Source of the DNA: Fonticula alba ATCC 38817
Taxonomy: Eukaryota > Protista > Nucleariida
DNA: 64,000 bases
Direction: 5' to 3' (one strand)
Assembly (NCBI GenBank): GCA_000388065.2
Contig: KB932203.1
The translations under genes and the position numbers were made by a program. The first letter of the stretch is position 1. Each line of letters starts with the position of its first letter. Positions 49,912 to 62,182 of this stretch are shown here, piece by piece. The notes under the pieces were generated by a model. The model was not told where the DNA came from and searched no databases. It was given only the letters and a program-made list of their open reading frames with translations.

Positions 49912-52216
49912 ATGACTCCCTTGAGGAACACCGCTCGCATGGCGGTCCTGGCCACCGGCGCCCTCTCGCTGCTGGCCCGGTCGGCCCTCGGCACGCTGGC
50001 CATCGAGGAGATGGTCGGTCGCTTGCGCAAGTTCGACGAGGGCACCAACGGCGATGACCGCCGGGGCATGGTCCCCGAGCGCTTCTGGTCCCGCGACCAG
50101 GGCGACCACGAGGTGTGCCAGCCGCACATGGCCAGCTACAGCGCCTTCGTTGAGGAGCCATGCGGCGGGAAGGTTTCCTGCGCCAAGGGCCTGTGCGTGG
50201 GTGCTCTTTTGCTTCCGTGAATGTGCTCTTATGTGTGACTGTGTGACTGGGTGTGTGTGTGTGTGTCCCCGTGCGGGCGGGTGGTGGTCTGAGCGGGTGC
50301 TGGGGACGAAGATGGGATCCACGATGCCCCAGGACCAGGGGGGGGGGGGCGTGCAAGGCTGCATGCGGGCCCCTGCTGCGCGCTGCCCTTTGGGTCCATC
50401 CGAAGAGGGGCCATTTTCCCCCTGCCACACGGCCACAGGGTAGCTTGGCTAACAGGCATCCTCCTGCATTGTCGCCGGGCGCCTTGCTGATCTCCGGCGG
50501 CCGATGGCCCCGTCCAACGGAAACCCTCCTCGGGGATCGCCCGACCCGATAGACAATGCCTGCCAATTGGCGATAGCGGCACCAGCGAGTGTGTCCCCTC
50601 GCTGAAGGGCTCCCAGTGCATTTCCAACTACGAGTGCCCCATTTGGTACTCCTGCTACCTGGGCCGGTGCACGCTGACCGGCGGTGCTGGTACGTGTGCC
50701 GCGAGGCATGCCAGCCCCGGCTCATGACACGTTGCCCGGCCAAAACTTGCCCTCGCCAGAGCACGGCGTGCTGACAAACAGCCCGATCGCCGCTTCGCCC
50801 TCCCCCCTCCCGGCCTCGGCTCTTTGATTGGCGGCCATTGCCTTCCCCCCCGCCCCCCCGCCCCCCCGCCCCCGTGCCACCAGGCCAGGCCTGTGACCAG
50901 GTGCTGGTCGAAAATGAGGCGGTGTCCTCATGCGGCGTCGGGCTCAAGTGTGTCGACGGGGTGTGCACCGGGTCGCGCTTTGGCGACTTCGCCACCGACA
51001 GTGCACAGTACGTGTGGCCTCTTTTCTTGTCTCTCCTCCCCTTTGCCCCCGCCCCCCCCCCCCCCCCGGGGGGAACGAGGAGCCCGCGCCTTTGTCTCGG
51101 GCACCTGCCCCCCACGAGGCGGAGAGAGAGCCGGCCCGCATGCGCCAGCCCGCGCAGGGCGGCCCAGCGGCGTCGAGGGCGAAAACTGCCTGGAGCGCTG
51201 GGCACCACCAAAAGGCCCCCTTTATGAGGCCCCGACCCGGGGCACGGCCCGCCCCCCCCCCCCCCCCGGGGGCGCATTCGGTCGGCTGGCGCCTTCCTCG
51301 GGTGTAATGGAGCTGGTCGCCAGGACGGCGCCTTGTGCCCAGGGCGAAGGCCGGCACCGGAGCTTCCTCTGATGGTGACTCACATCGCGCACGGATCCCT
51401 GCCTCGTCCCCCCTGCCCCCCGCCCCGCCTGCGCCCCTGCGCCCCTGTGCCGCCGCGTGCCGCGGCCCTGCCTCCATTGTGTGTCCCATCGAGCACAGCT
51501 GCTCCAGTGGCATGCTTAATGACCACGTCTGCGGAGCCCGGGCCAATGGCGAGGAGTGCGAGCTGTCGGCCGAGTGCCAGCCCAGCTCGGAGTGCGTTAG
51601 CGGCGTTTGCACCTCGAAGGGCACCTCGGAGGCCGAGGCCCCGGAGGGTCGCCGGTGCCTGACCCCGGGCGACTGTGTCTTCGGGCACTACTGCATCTCG
51701 CCGAACGGCTTCGCCGAGGACATGAACTCCTACTGCATCCCGGCCCGGAGCCTGGCCAATGGCCAGTGGTGCAACTACACCAATGGCGTGTGCGCCTCCG
51801 GCGTGTGCGATGAGCAGGGCCTGTGCCGGCGCCCGCGGCAGAAGTGCGACGCCGAGTCCGGCTGTGACGAGGGGTTCATCTGCGCCTGCCCCAAGGATGC
51901 CAACGCCTCGGACACCGATGGCCTGTGCATTCGCGACCCCTGCCATCGGATTCTCCTCGTGCGTGCCCCCATGGGGCTGGGGCCTTCCCACATGGACCCA
52001 CGGCCAGGGCAGCTTAGTCGAGGGGGAGAAGGGGACGGCCCTGGAGCGGGGGAGGGCCAGAGAGCGAAAGAGGGAAGGAGGTGATGTCACCGAGGTGCAG
52101 GGGGAGAGGGGGGGGGCGGTGAGGAGAGGCGCACTTCAGAGGCTCGCCTGGCCGCGGCGGGGGGCAGCAGGAAAGGCGCTCACCCCGCGCAGGGACAGGG
52201 AAACCGCAGCGAGAGC

Positions 52217-52252
<36 letters not shown>

Positions 52253-53137
52253 ACACCAGGGCAGAGGGTGGCACAGGACACTTTGACTGACACTCCATCG
52301 GGGGGGCGGGGGCCCGGTGGCGGTGGCGTCGGGAACAAAAATCATCCGGACCTGCCCCGTGTCGTGTGAACGGCCCCTTTGCAGGCCCTTCACCACTGCT
52401 CGATCAAGCACTGCCAGTACAGTGTTCTCGACAGCGGGATCCCGAACTACGCCGGCGCCTGTGTGTCGGTCTCCTGCCCGGATCTGTATGACCGCTTCGA
52501 GTATTGCCGGGCCTCGCGCCAGACCCTGGCCCCGGTGATGCCGAACCCCGACGAAAGCACCCCCTGCGAGGAGGGCACCGTCGATGATAATGGGGACCTC
52601 TGCAGCCAGGGCGCCGCCGACGAGGCGGATGACGAGCAGCCGGACGGGGGCGAGGACCACGACGACATGGGCGAGGAGGGCGCCACCTCCAACACCACCG
52701 ACGACCAGGACCAAGACCAGCAGCAGGGCGAGGAGGCGGACCAGGAGCAGCCGACCCTGGAGCCGGGCGTGCCGGAGGACGACGAGTCCGACTACCCTGA
52801 GGGCAGTGCCACGGGCGAGCATCCGACCGCCATCTTGCCGGTGGACCCGACCCCGGCCGTTGACCCGCTGGTCGACGAGCTGGCCACCGGCAGCGGCGCC
52901 GACAAGTCCGACGGACAGGATGGCGACAGTGGCGCCGATGATGTTGACGGCGAGGAGGAGGAGGAGGACCACGCGGCCGGCACCCCGTCCGGCAGCCACT
53001 CGGATGGGGCCCCTGGCCAGCCGCCGAAGAAGAACAGCGCCGCCCCGGCCGGGCCTCTCGAGGGCGTGGCCACCCTCATGACCGCCAGCATGGGTCTGGC
53101 CTTCATCCTGGCCATCGAGGCCATGTCTCGCTGGTAA
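49912..53137 (+). CDS. Secreted, probably GPI-anchored cysteine-rich surface protein, at least 5 exons
   Basis: Signal peptide MTPLRNTARMAVLATGALSLLARSALG; repeated C-x(4-6)-C-x5-C-x4-C modules (CISNYECPIWYSCYLGRC, CELSAECQPSSECVSGVC, CLTPGDCVFGHYC); acidic D/E stalk; C-terminal NSAA... then hydrophobic VATLMTASMGLAFILAIEAM. Confidence 0.8.
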
Positions 53138-53154
53138 AGAGAGACGGGCCACAT

Positions 53155-53187
<33 letters not shown>

Positions 53188-54166
53188 NNNNNNNNNNNNN
53201 NNNNNNNNNNNNNNNNNNNNNNNNNNNNNNNNNNNNNNNNNNNNNNNCCGGATCGCGGCGCCCACCCCGCCACCCGTTGGCCGTCCACCGGGAGAAGGCG
53301 GGGACACATGGGGCGCGTACTTCTGGAGGCTTTTGCTTGAGTCATCTGTTTGCCGGTGCCCGCCTCATATGCGGCACATTGTGACAGTGGGCATGCCGTG
53401 TCGAGGACAACCCCGGCATGCGGACGAAAGCGCAGGAAGGGCGGGGGGTGCGAGATCCCGCCGGTTTCCGAACTCCACCTGTCCATTTCCGGCCCCCCTT
53501 CCTGCCTGCTCGCCCGGCCTCCGCCCTGGCCCTGGCTGCCTGGCGCTCGCCCTCGTGCGCCTCCCTTAGATGGTGACGAATGTGCCCATATGCGTGCTGC
53601 TGTGTCGCCACATTGCCCTGTATCATATAACAATAAATACACAAGACCCTTTTGTCCATGCGCCTGGCTGTGTGTGTGTGTGTGTGTGTGTGCTTGTGCG
53701 TGCGTGTGATGGGTCCTGCTTGCAAGGGAGGGGAGGGCCATGAGAAAGGCACCGGAGATGGGAGACAGCCAGCCAAGTGTCCATTTGCCGAAGGGCCCCG
53801 GGAGGGGGAGAGGATGAAAAAAAAAAAAAAGCACGAGGTACTGGGGGCTTTTTTTCGCCCCCCTCACCTTCAGAAAGGCACCAGTGAGGCTGGTATCCGC
53901 CCAGTACTGGGGCATGACACCAGACAGGGGGTCGCCCTCCGAGTCGACGGGGGCCCGGGGGGGTCCTCGCCAACAGGCGCCAGGCTCAGGATGGACACAT
54001 GTTGCGAGGAGGCCAGCAGGGCAGTGAGTTGGGCCATCTCAACACCGGTCCTGGCGTCGTCGCCGGGAGCGGTGGAGCTGCACGGAGAAAGCCGGAGGCT
54101 GTGAATCAAGGTCTCGCGTGCACTGGGAGAATCGAGCGCAATCCGGATGGCCAGGATGTGCGGGCA

Positions 54167-55225
54167 CTAGGAGGGGAGGATGGCCCGAGGGAAGACGGCC
54201 GAAAGAGGGTCAGCATGGGCCAGGAAGGCGTCGGCGGATGAGAGGAGCATTCGGCGTACGGTAGGGATGGTGCCTTGTTGGACTGGGCCCGGAGGGGGGG
54301 GGGAGGGGGGGAGAAAGCAGAGGTCAGCAAACTCACGGGTGAGAGCGCAGCTGAAGGATGGGAAGGGAGCGACGACAAGGCATTCGCACCGCCTGCGCGG
54401 AAGTGGGTGCATCCGCAGAAGGGAACCGGCGAGTCGACGATACACAGGCGGTATGGCTGGGAAAAGTACACCTGGCATCCGGCCGAGCCGGAGGCGGACA
54501 TCGAGGTCGGGGTCAAGACCCCAACTTGCCGAACAAAGTAGACGATCGGGCTACCGGGGCCGCTGGTCAGCCGAAGGATCGGCGGAAGCCGGCATGCATG
54601 GGTCAGCCGGGCAAAGGCGTTTGCGGCCCCCGTCGCGGCGGGAAGGAGTCCTGTCAAGTGGCAGGGGTCCAGGAAGTCCAGATGCTCCAGGGCCAGGCGG
54701 ACAAGGTCGCGACCAGCCAGCGAAGCTGGCAAGCCCCGGCTCCCGCCCGGCGAGGCGGATCCCTGAGTCGAAAGCGACCCATCGGGCCCGGAGCCCGGAT
54801 CGCCGAGCCCGAAGGCGGCCTGGGAGGACGATTGCGAGAGGCCGGATGGCTGCGACGTATCGAAGGACATGGCGGCATCTTGTGCGGCCGGATCCCCGGC
54901 GCACATGGGAACCAACATATGCGAGAGGCTGGGAAGCGGGACCATTCTCAGCGAGGGAAGATGTCGAGAGGAGGCGAGAGGGAGGGCGGCAGAAGGGAGG
55001 GGGGGGGGGAAGGAAAGACATACGCAACAAGTCGTGCTGTGTCGGTGACTGTGTGTGAACATGCGCATGGACAGGGAGGAGGTGGCGCGGCAGGGAGCGG
55101 TCAGATGGGCGATGCGGATGGCAACGGCAAACCCGGCATGCCCCCCAGGGGGCTGGCTGGCCGACGAGCTCGCATACCGAGATCCGGGAAGGGGGGCTCG
55201 GTCGGGGGTCCAGAGCCACCGGCAT
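54167..55225 (-). CDS. Hypothetical protein, probably 3 exons
   Basis: Exon MPVALDPRPSPPSRIS|GTATGC; central open frame RDLVRLALEHLDFLDP...QVYFSQPYRLCIVDSPVPFCGCTHFRAG; in-phase splice to VQQGTIPTVRRMLLSSADAFL...ILPS*. No family recognised. Confidence 0.45.
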
Positions 55226-55690
55226 CCGGGGGCCGGGCTCGGCTTGAGACAACCGAATGGTGGAAGAGGCTATTCGTCGAGCAAGAGACCGGCCATGGGG
55301 GAGGGGGCGGCAGAGGGAAGGACCGAAGGGGAGAGGCAAGGGGGGGGGGGGGGGGGGGGGGGGTCGGAGGGAGCAGAGAATAACACAAGAGAGGGTGCAC
55401 AGGGAGGGACCGGGAATCGGGACGAATGGGCGCCCCTCCCCCCGGGAGAAGGGGTGTTTACGATCTTGATATGTCTATTCGGGCGCGCCGGGGATCGCGG
55501 GAGCGTCCCACAGGATGTCCGGGGGGGGGGGGCCGGGGCGGTAGCGCCNNNNNNNNNNNNNNNNNNNNNNNNNNCCCGGGCGGATCAGCGAGCACCCCCC
55601 CCCCACCCCCAACATGTGCGCATGCACACCGGGCGCACACACACGGGCGGGCAAACTGGCGAACAAAAAGCAAGCAGCTATGCCGAGGCT

Positions 55691-57015
55691 TCAGGCGGCA
55701 CTTCCCGGCATCGGACGGATGCTGATTTCCTCGCTGGAGGCAAGGGTGGTAACCTGGCCGGTGGCGGTGTTTCGCACAACCAGCTCGCCGAGCGGGGAAA
55801 TGGACATGCCAATGGCCTCGAAGGCCCCCGGCGGCAGGAGCCCGGCGGCGGCGCCGGCCCCACGGTCTGACTCGGCCACCGGCGCCGGGGTGCTGGAGTG
55901 CGGCACGTAGGAGGGGGAAATCAACAGCCGACGGCCGACCGCACAATCGAGCCCCTGCATGGTGGTGATGGTATGGGCCATCGGCCGAGACAGCAGGTCC
56001 TCCAGGTGGTTGAGGAAGGAGGCCAGCACCAGCTCGCGCGGGATGAAATCCCCGGAGCCCGGTGCGTGGAAGGCCTGCTCACGCAGGCTGGTCGGCCGCG
56101 AGCTAAATGCCCGCATGGCCGAAGGGGAAGAGCTACATGCGTCCGGTCGAGAGCGGTAACGGCGCAAGGCCCGGGGCCGGCCAGGAGGGGCAGGGGGGGG
56201 AGTCAGGGGAGGGGCAAAAAGGCGAATGCAAGAGCAGGGGCCGAGGCCGAGGTGGAGGCCAGGCAGGGCAGGTGCAGGGGAAGGAGGAAAGGCCGACGAC
56301 GGCGCGCCGAGCCGGCCACCAAACGCCAAGCCCGAGCGTACATGACCTCCGGCACATTGTTGACATTGATGCCGACGCCAATCATCACACCGAAGCCCGC
56401 GCCGTTGGGGAGCATGGACGACCGGGCCAGCATGCCGGCGCACTTGCGGCCGCCGATCCACACGTCATTCGGCCACTTGAGGACCGGCTCCAGCGAGCCG
56501 GACCAGCCATCGGCCGTGGTCCCGAGCCCGGCCGGCGAGCCGGTGACCGAGCGCAGCGCATCACGCGCGGCCAGCACCGTCGCCGACGCCGCGGCCGGGA
56601 GCATTTGCATCAGTGTCTCCGGCCGGGGGACCACCAGCAGCAGGGTGACATAGAGGTTCCCCCGGCTGCCGGCGTCCGGGTTGCCGGGAGCCAGGAGAGC
56701 CGGCTCGGTGGCGCCAGCCCCGGCGGAGTCCCAGCTCCGGCCGGCCGTGCGCGCGACGCCGGCCGTTTGCGAATCGGCCCCGATCAGGAGCCCGGCCACG
56801 GCGGCGGCGCCCCCGGGGGGCGGCGCCCCCGGCCCCGGGGCCCGGAAGGGGAACGCCTCGTCCAACAGGTCCTGGCCCACGCGCATGGTGGACTCCGTGA
56901 CATTGAGCCAGTGCAAACGACGTCCGAGCTCGGCCGTACGCAAGTGCCGCAGGAAGAGCTTGGAGCTGAAGGAGCCAGCCAGAACCCCGGCTGTTGATGT
57001 GGAGGTCGGGGACAT
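55691..57015 (-). CDS. Biotin--protein ligase (BirA/holocarboxylase synthetase), catalytic + C-terminal domain only, 2 exons
   Basis: LGRRLHWLNVTESTM, ADSQTAGVARTAGRSW, GNLYVTLLL, LKWPNDVWIGGRKCAGML, IGVGINVNN, RELVLASFLNHLE and SPLGELVVR. Confidence 0.88.
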
Positions 57016-57374
57016 GATTCGCCGGGGGGGGGCAAGGGATGGTGCAGGAAGCGCAGAGAGGGGGGGCGGGGCGGGGCAGGAGAGGGGGGGCGGAATGGCA
57101 GAATACCCATCAGGCCCCCGAGGAGGATGGCACTCGCGGAAATACTCCACTCCGCAGCCCCCCCCCCCCCAGAGCCGGGCAGACGAGTCACGCACGGACG
57201 AAGCCCGGCAAAAAAGGCCCACCCCCACGAGGCCCAAGGGGGCGGGGACTGGGCGGGGGGAACACCAGGCCCCCCCCCCCCCCCGGAGCACACCACACTG
57301 GCGAGGATCGACCATCGATCGGGGCCCGGGAAGAAATGGCAGGTCTATTGGTTGGCAGCCCACGGGGCCGGAAA

Positions 57375-60300
57375 TCAGCTCTCACGCCTGAGGGGCCTGT
57401 GTGGCGCCGATCGTGCGGCCGGCGTTGCCCGGCCACCAGAGGGCCCCCCCGGTGGCGGGGCGGCCGATGCGGCACCGCGCAAATACGCCCCACCGGGAGG
57501 CCCAGCACGTAGTGAGCCCCGGGTCTGGGGATCCAGGCCACGAATGAAGAAGAGCAGGACAGCCTCATCGTCGGACCCGAAAACGCGCCAACCTGGACGC
57601 CGGGGCGAGCCAGCGGGCGCCGGAGCCGGGGGAGCTGCCACCGCCGCCGCCGCCGCCGCCGCCGGACCCCAAGTCATATCACCCTCGGTGCTGGCCACAG
57701 TAATGTCGGCCAGGGGTGGCGGCGGCGGTGGCAGCGGCGGCGGCGGGAGCGGTGGCCCCGCCGAAGCAGACGCCGCTGACGCCGATGCCGATGCCGATGC
57801 CGATGCCGATGCCGATGCCGATGGCTGCGAGGGCCCTGCAGCTCGCGCAGAAAAATCGCACCCATCTTGGAGGGCGGTGCCGCTGCCGAGCGACGGGGCT
57901 GACCGATCTCTCAAGGGGACATGGCCCTCGGACCTGGGTTCGGAGTTGATGGACCCGCTTTCGATGATGACGAAGGACTCCAGGGAGGAACTCCGCGAAA
58001 GTGACACCGAAGGGGGGGACAGCGGGATGGCGGGGGCGGCAGGAGGCGCCGCTGGCGGCTGTGCCGGCGGCAGTGACGTGCGGAAGCGCAGCCAACTGGG
58101 AAGGACGCCGGGCGGGGAAAAGGCCCCACTAGGCGAGAGCGATGTCCCGGTTTCCGCCAGCAGAGGAGCGGCCTTGGCGGCGAACCCCGGCAGCGGGATG
58201 GGCGAGGCCATGGACGGGACCCGGCACCGGGCCGCGAAGCGAATCTTGCACACCTGGCAGGGGAGGTTGTTGGATACCACCGGACCGGTGCTCGAATTGG
58301 CCGGAGGCTCGGGCTCCGGGGGCAGGCTCGTGGTCTGCCAGGCGGCCCCGGCGGCACTGCCCCCTGGGGGTTGCTTGTGCTGCTGCTGCTGCTGCTGCTG
58401 CTGCTGCGGGCCATTCGGTGCCTTGAGGCCGAGCAAACGGATGAAGGCCCGTGCCCGGGTGGCCGGGTTGGCCAGCTCCACGTTGGTGATGATGTCCGGC
58501 GAGAGGCGATCAGCCGAGAGCCCATACCCGGCGAGGAGATTCAGCAGCTCCGTGGGGGTTTGCGATTGGGGCAGGACCACGGCCGACTGGAGGAAGGTGA
58601 AGAAGAGCTTGGCCAGGCTGCGCGTGGCGGGGGACAAGAGCGGTCCGGGGTAAATGACCAGGCAGGGCCGCCGGCGGCAGGGCGCGCGATGGGGCATCCA
58701 CGCACTTCATCCATTCCTCCTTGAAAATGAGCAACTGCAATTCAAAGAGATTCCCCTCGGAGGTCAGGTCCAGGAGGGCCGCCAGGCCCAGGGCATAGCT
58801 GTTCGCTTGGGCCGGATCATAGTGCGAGTAGCCGTCACGATAGGAAAACAGCGACAGGGCTTTGGGGGGAGCTGCAGTGGCGGCGGATGTGTCAGACCCC
58901 GGCCCGGCTCGGCCACGAAGCGCGGCTGCTACTGTCAAAGCCGGCAAGCAGACAGCCACAATCGACCGCATCAAGGGAAGGGCCAGCACGCACCGAAGGA
59001 GGATACCGCCTGCGGGGGGGTCGAAAAGGCCGGCCTGGCGTGCATCGCCTCGAGCGTCGGCCGCGGGGGGCGCTGCGGCGGCTTGGCCGAGTTCAGGTGC
59101 AGCGGCCCACCCGGCACCGGGGCCAGAGTCAAGGAGGAAGTCAGAGGCAGGAACAGCGACCAGAGAGTGGACTTGGATGTCTCGGCCGGCCGGGCGGCCG
59201 GGCCGGCCGGGCCACTGTCACAAAGCGGCGCGTCGGCCGTCAGCCGCAGGGCAAACAGGTCTTCGACTCGATGCCGCGGGCCGCCAATGCCGAGCGCGCC
59301 GGTGGGCGACGCGCCGCCCTGGCTCAGCAGCGCGTCGACCGTCGCGCCGGACAGGCTGGTTGGCAGGATGTCTGACCAGAGAAGCGGCACGAGCCGAGGT
59401 GAGCAGCAGAGACAGGCCAAACCACCGCAGGGTAGACGGAAAGCGCGCACCGACAATGGCATATGTGCCGGGCTGAAGGTCCGACAGGGGGAGCGACACA
59501 TCATGCGACAGGCCAAGGAGATTCGCCCTCCAGGGGGGGAGATACTCCGAGCTGAAGACACGCTGATGGATGCACCCCGGGGGGAGGAGCTCCTAAAGGG
59601 GAGGGAGGGGGGGCCGACAAACGCACGCGGTTAGCCGGACGAGGGGGACCCGCGGACGGGGAGAAGAGGAAAGAGATTGCAAGGAGAAAAAAGCACCAGC
59701 CAGACAACACGCACCGCCAGAAGTAGAAGCACCGAGCGGGTAATCCCGAGACATGGTCCGCGCACGATGACTTGGTTTCCGACGCACAGATGGTGCAGAA
59801 GCAGGATGAAGGGTGCCTGGCCGCCGAGCAGCTGACGAAAGATGTGCACCGAGTCGAAGACCGGATGTGCCGATCCGAGCTCGTCCTCCTCCTCGACTGT
59901 CTCATGCACCACGGGGAGGGAGCAGGGGAGATCCCGTCAGTGGCGGCTGGTCACCATAGGATGGCCCAAAGGGGGGCACAAGGCGGGGCAGGAGGGCGGT
60001 GGGCAGCGGCTCGACGCACACGTGCCGGCCGGCAGGCTGCTGCCGAGTAGGCGTGGCCCCGGCGGCGGGGCTTGGCTTGGCGGCTCGAAGGAGGCCAGCG
60101 CAATGGCAAGCTGCCCATGGAGGGCCACCAGCGAGTCGTGTGCCAAGGCCCGGGCCTCGGCCTCCCCGGGCCAGAACCGCACGCTCACAATGGCACGGCT
60201 GCCGGGACCGGGGGTCGGCCGCCCGGCCTCGCGCCCGGCCGATGCCAGCAGCAAGTGTCCGCCCACACCAACTAGATGTGCAAGGCTCCACCAGCCATCA

Positions 60301-61395
60301 CGCCCGGCCAGGCGGCTGGGCATGGTCCCGGTCGCCCGGGGGGGGTGGATTCCCGACGAGTCGACCTGGTACTTGGCCGACAGCTTGTACTCGAACTGGA
60401 AGAGGGACTCGGCCTGGAAGCACAAATCCGAGGCGATGGCCTTGAGGTTGCTGCATCGAGAGGCCAAAGCGTCAGGCAAGAAGGTTAGCTCCCCGCTTGA
60501 CGGGGGGGAGGGGGGGGGGGCAGCGGCGGCGGCGGCGGCGGCAAGACACACCTTGCAATTTCCTCCGAGTGAAGTGTGATTTGCGACCGGTCGGAGGACA
60601 GCAGGATCAGCGAGTACTTGCGCACTCGGCCACGACACGAGAAATCCCGCACGGAAAAGAGGTACGCCAGGGCCGTGCCGCAGGAGGCAAGGCCGCCCCA
60701 GCCTGGGCAGTTGTCATGTTGCGATGGACGGCCAGAGCCCGAGGGCGGAAGCCACAGGGGACCCAAGTCCAGGGAAGACGCGCTGCCGCTGGGACCCGGC
60801 CCGCCGGCCGAAGTGAAGCCACTGTTGGTGGGGGACTCGGAAAAGAGGAAGAGGCCGCGGTTCTCCGGCAGGAAGCCATGACACATACTGCGCCGAGGTG
60901 AGGAAGAGCACAATCAGGGAAGGCAGGGACTGAGATCCACCAACGGGGCAAGATCCCGGGCGCACCTGCGCACGCATGCGTGCTGCACGCAAGAGTAGAG
61001 CCGCGCATCGAACGGTCCCCGTGGCGTGGTGAGGAGGTACTCCCCGGCTTCGGGCCCGGCGTCAGGAACCGGAGACGCAAGGAACTGGCCGGGGGAGATG
61101 CAGGGGGGGGGGGGTTAGGGGAGGATGGGAATGCGCTTGTGGCGCAGGGGTTCGGGCACATAGACGACGCATGAGGGACGAGGCGCAAGCGCACGGGGAC
61201 ATCGCGTGGGAAGAGGTCACACCACGAGCATGGATTCCGGGCGGGCGGGTCGCCAGGGTCGCCGGACAGCTCGGCGGCCGCGGCCGCGGCCGCCAGCTCT
61301 CCTACCGCGTGCGCGGAGGCCAACTGTGTGCAGGTCACAATCGAGGGGCCATGTTGCTCGCAGAAAACACACAGCGCCAGCAGGGGAGAACTCAT
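57375..61395 (-). CDS. FLCN: Folliculin / Lst7 (longin + DENN; RagC/D GAP subunit), multi-exon
   Basis: MSSPLLALCVFCEQHGPSIVTCTQ, CSWC, FSVRDFSCRGRVRKYSLI, VFDSVHIFRQLLG...LLHHLCVGNQVIVRG, LLIFKEEWMK, LAKLFFTF and DDEAVLLFFIRGLD. Confidence 0.9.
57776..57822 (-). repeat. (GCCGAT)n hexamer repeat encoding poly(Ser-Ala) inside folliculin
   Basis: gacgccgatgccgatgccgatgccgatgccgatgccgatgccgat. Confidence 0.9.
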
Positions 61396-62053
61396 CCTGC
61401 CGGTGGGCAATCCCGGGGGCCGGAGCTCACCCAACCCTATTGGGGGCGACTGGCGACTGGCCGCGCCAAGTGGGTGAGCGAGTCAACGGGAGGGAAACCG
61501 AGAGGGGAGCGGGAAGAGGCGGAGAGCTGCGTGTCAAGAGGGGGGGGGGGGCACGGAGGGGCAGGAGGGAGGGGCAGGAGGGAGGGAGGTGACTGGCACA
61601 CGGGGGCTGGCCCCCCGGGAAGGACTGACACTGTTGCCCCCGAAAAAAGCCTCCCCCCCTCGCCGGTGCTCGAGATCTGCCGCGCGGCAGGTCATGGACG
61701 CCCCCCTCACATGGAGAGAGGTCATGCCCGATCACTCGGTAAGCCAAGTCCCAACGCATGGCCGGGGACAGCCCGCGCCCCTGCCAGGGAGAGCCCGTAG
61801 ACGGCGGCGCCTGCCGGGCGCAGCAGCCGGCCGTCTCGCGGGAGGGGGCGGCGGCGGGGGGGAACTAGCAGGGGCTCGGCTCTTGTGAGAGCCAACGCGC
61901 CCGGGGGCGGGACCGGCCCGTCGCGGGGGCAAGGGCAGATGGCGGGCAATTTTTGGCCTGGCGTCAGGCGCAGCGCCCCAGGGAGGCCCTTATCCAGATA
62001 CACACACACACACACACGCGCGCGCGCGNNNNNNNNNNNNNNCCCCCCCCCCT

Positions 62054-62088
<35 letters not shown>

Positions 62089-62182
62089 CTCTCGCCCCAC
62101 AACATATACACATCCCCGTGCCAGCGTCGCAGGATTCTCGCCCCTCCAGCGCCACCCTGCTGCCCTGGGCCGCCCCCGCGCC

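Noticed and set aside
21239-57015. Co-location of biotin-dependent MCCC1 and the biotin ligase as a cluster
   Set aside because: They are about 31 kb apart with unrelated genes between them; chance is sufficient.
8548-62041. Runs of N and poly-X in the ORF track
   Set aside because: These are assembly gaps next to homopolymers and are not biological features.
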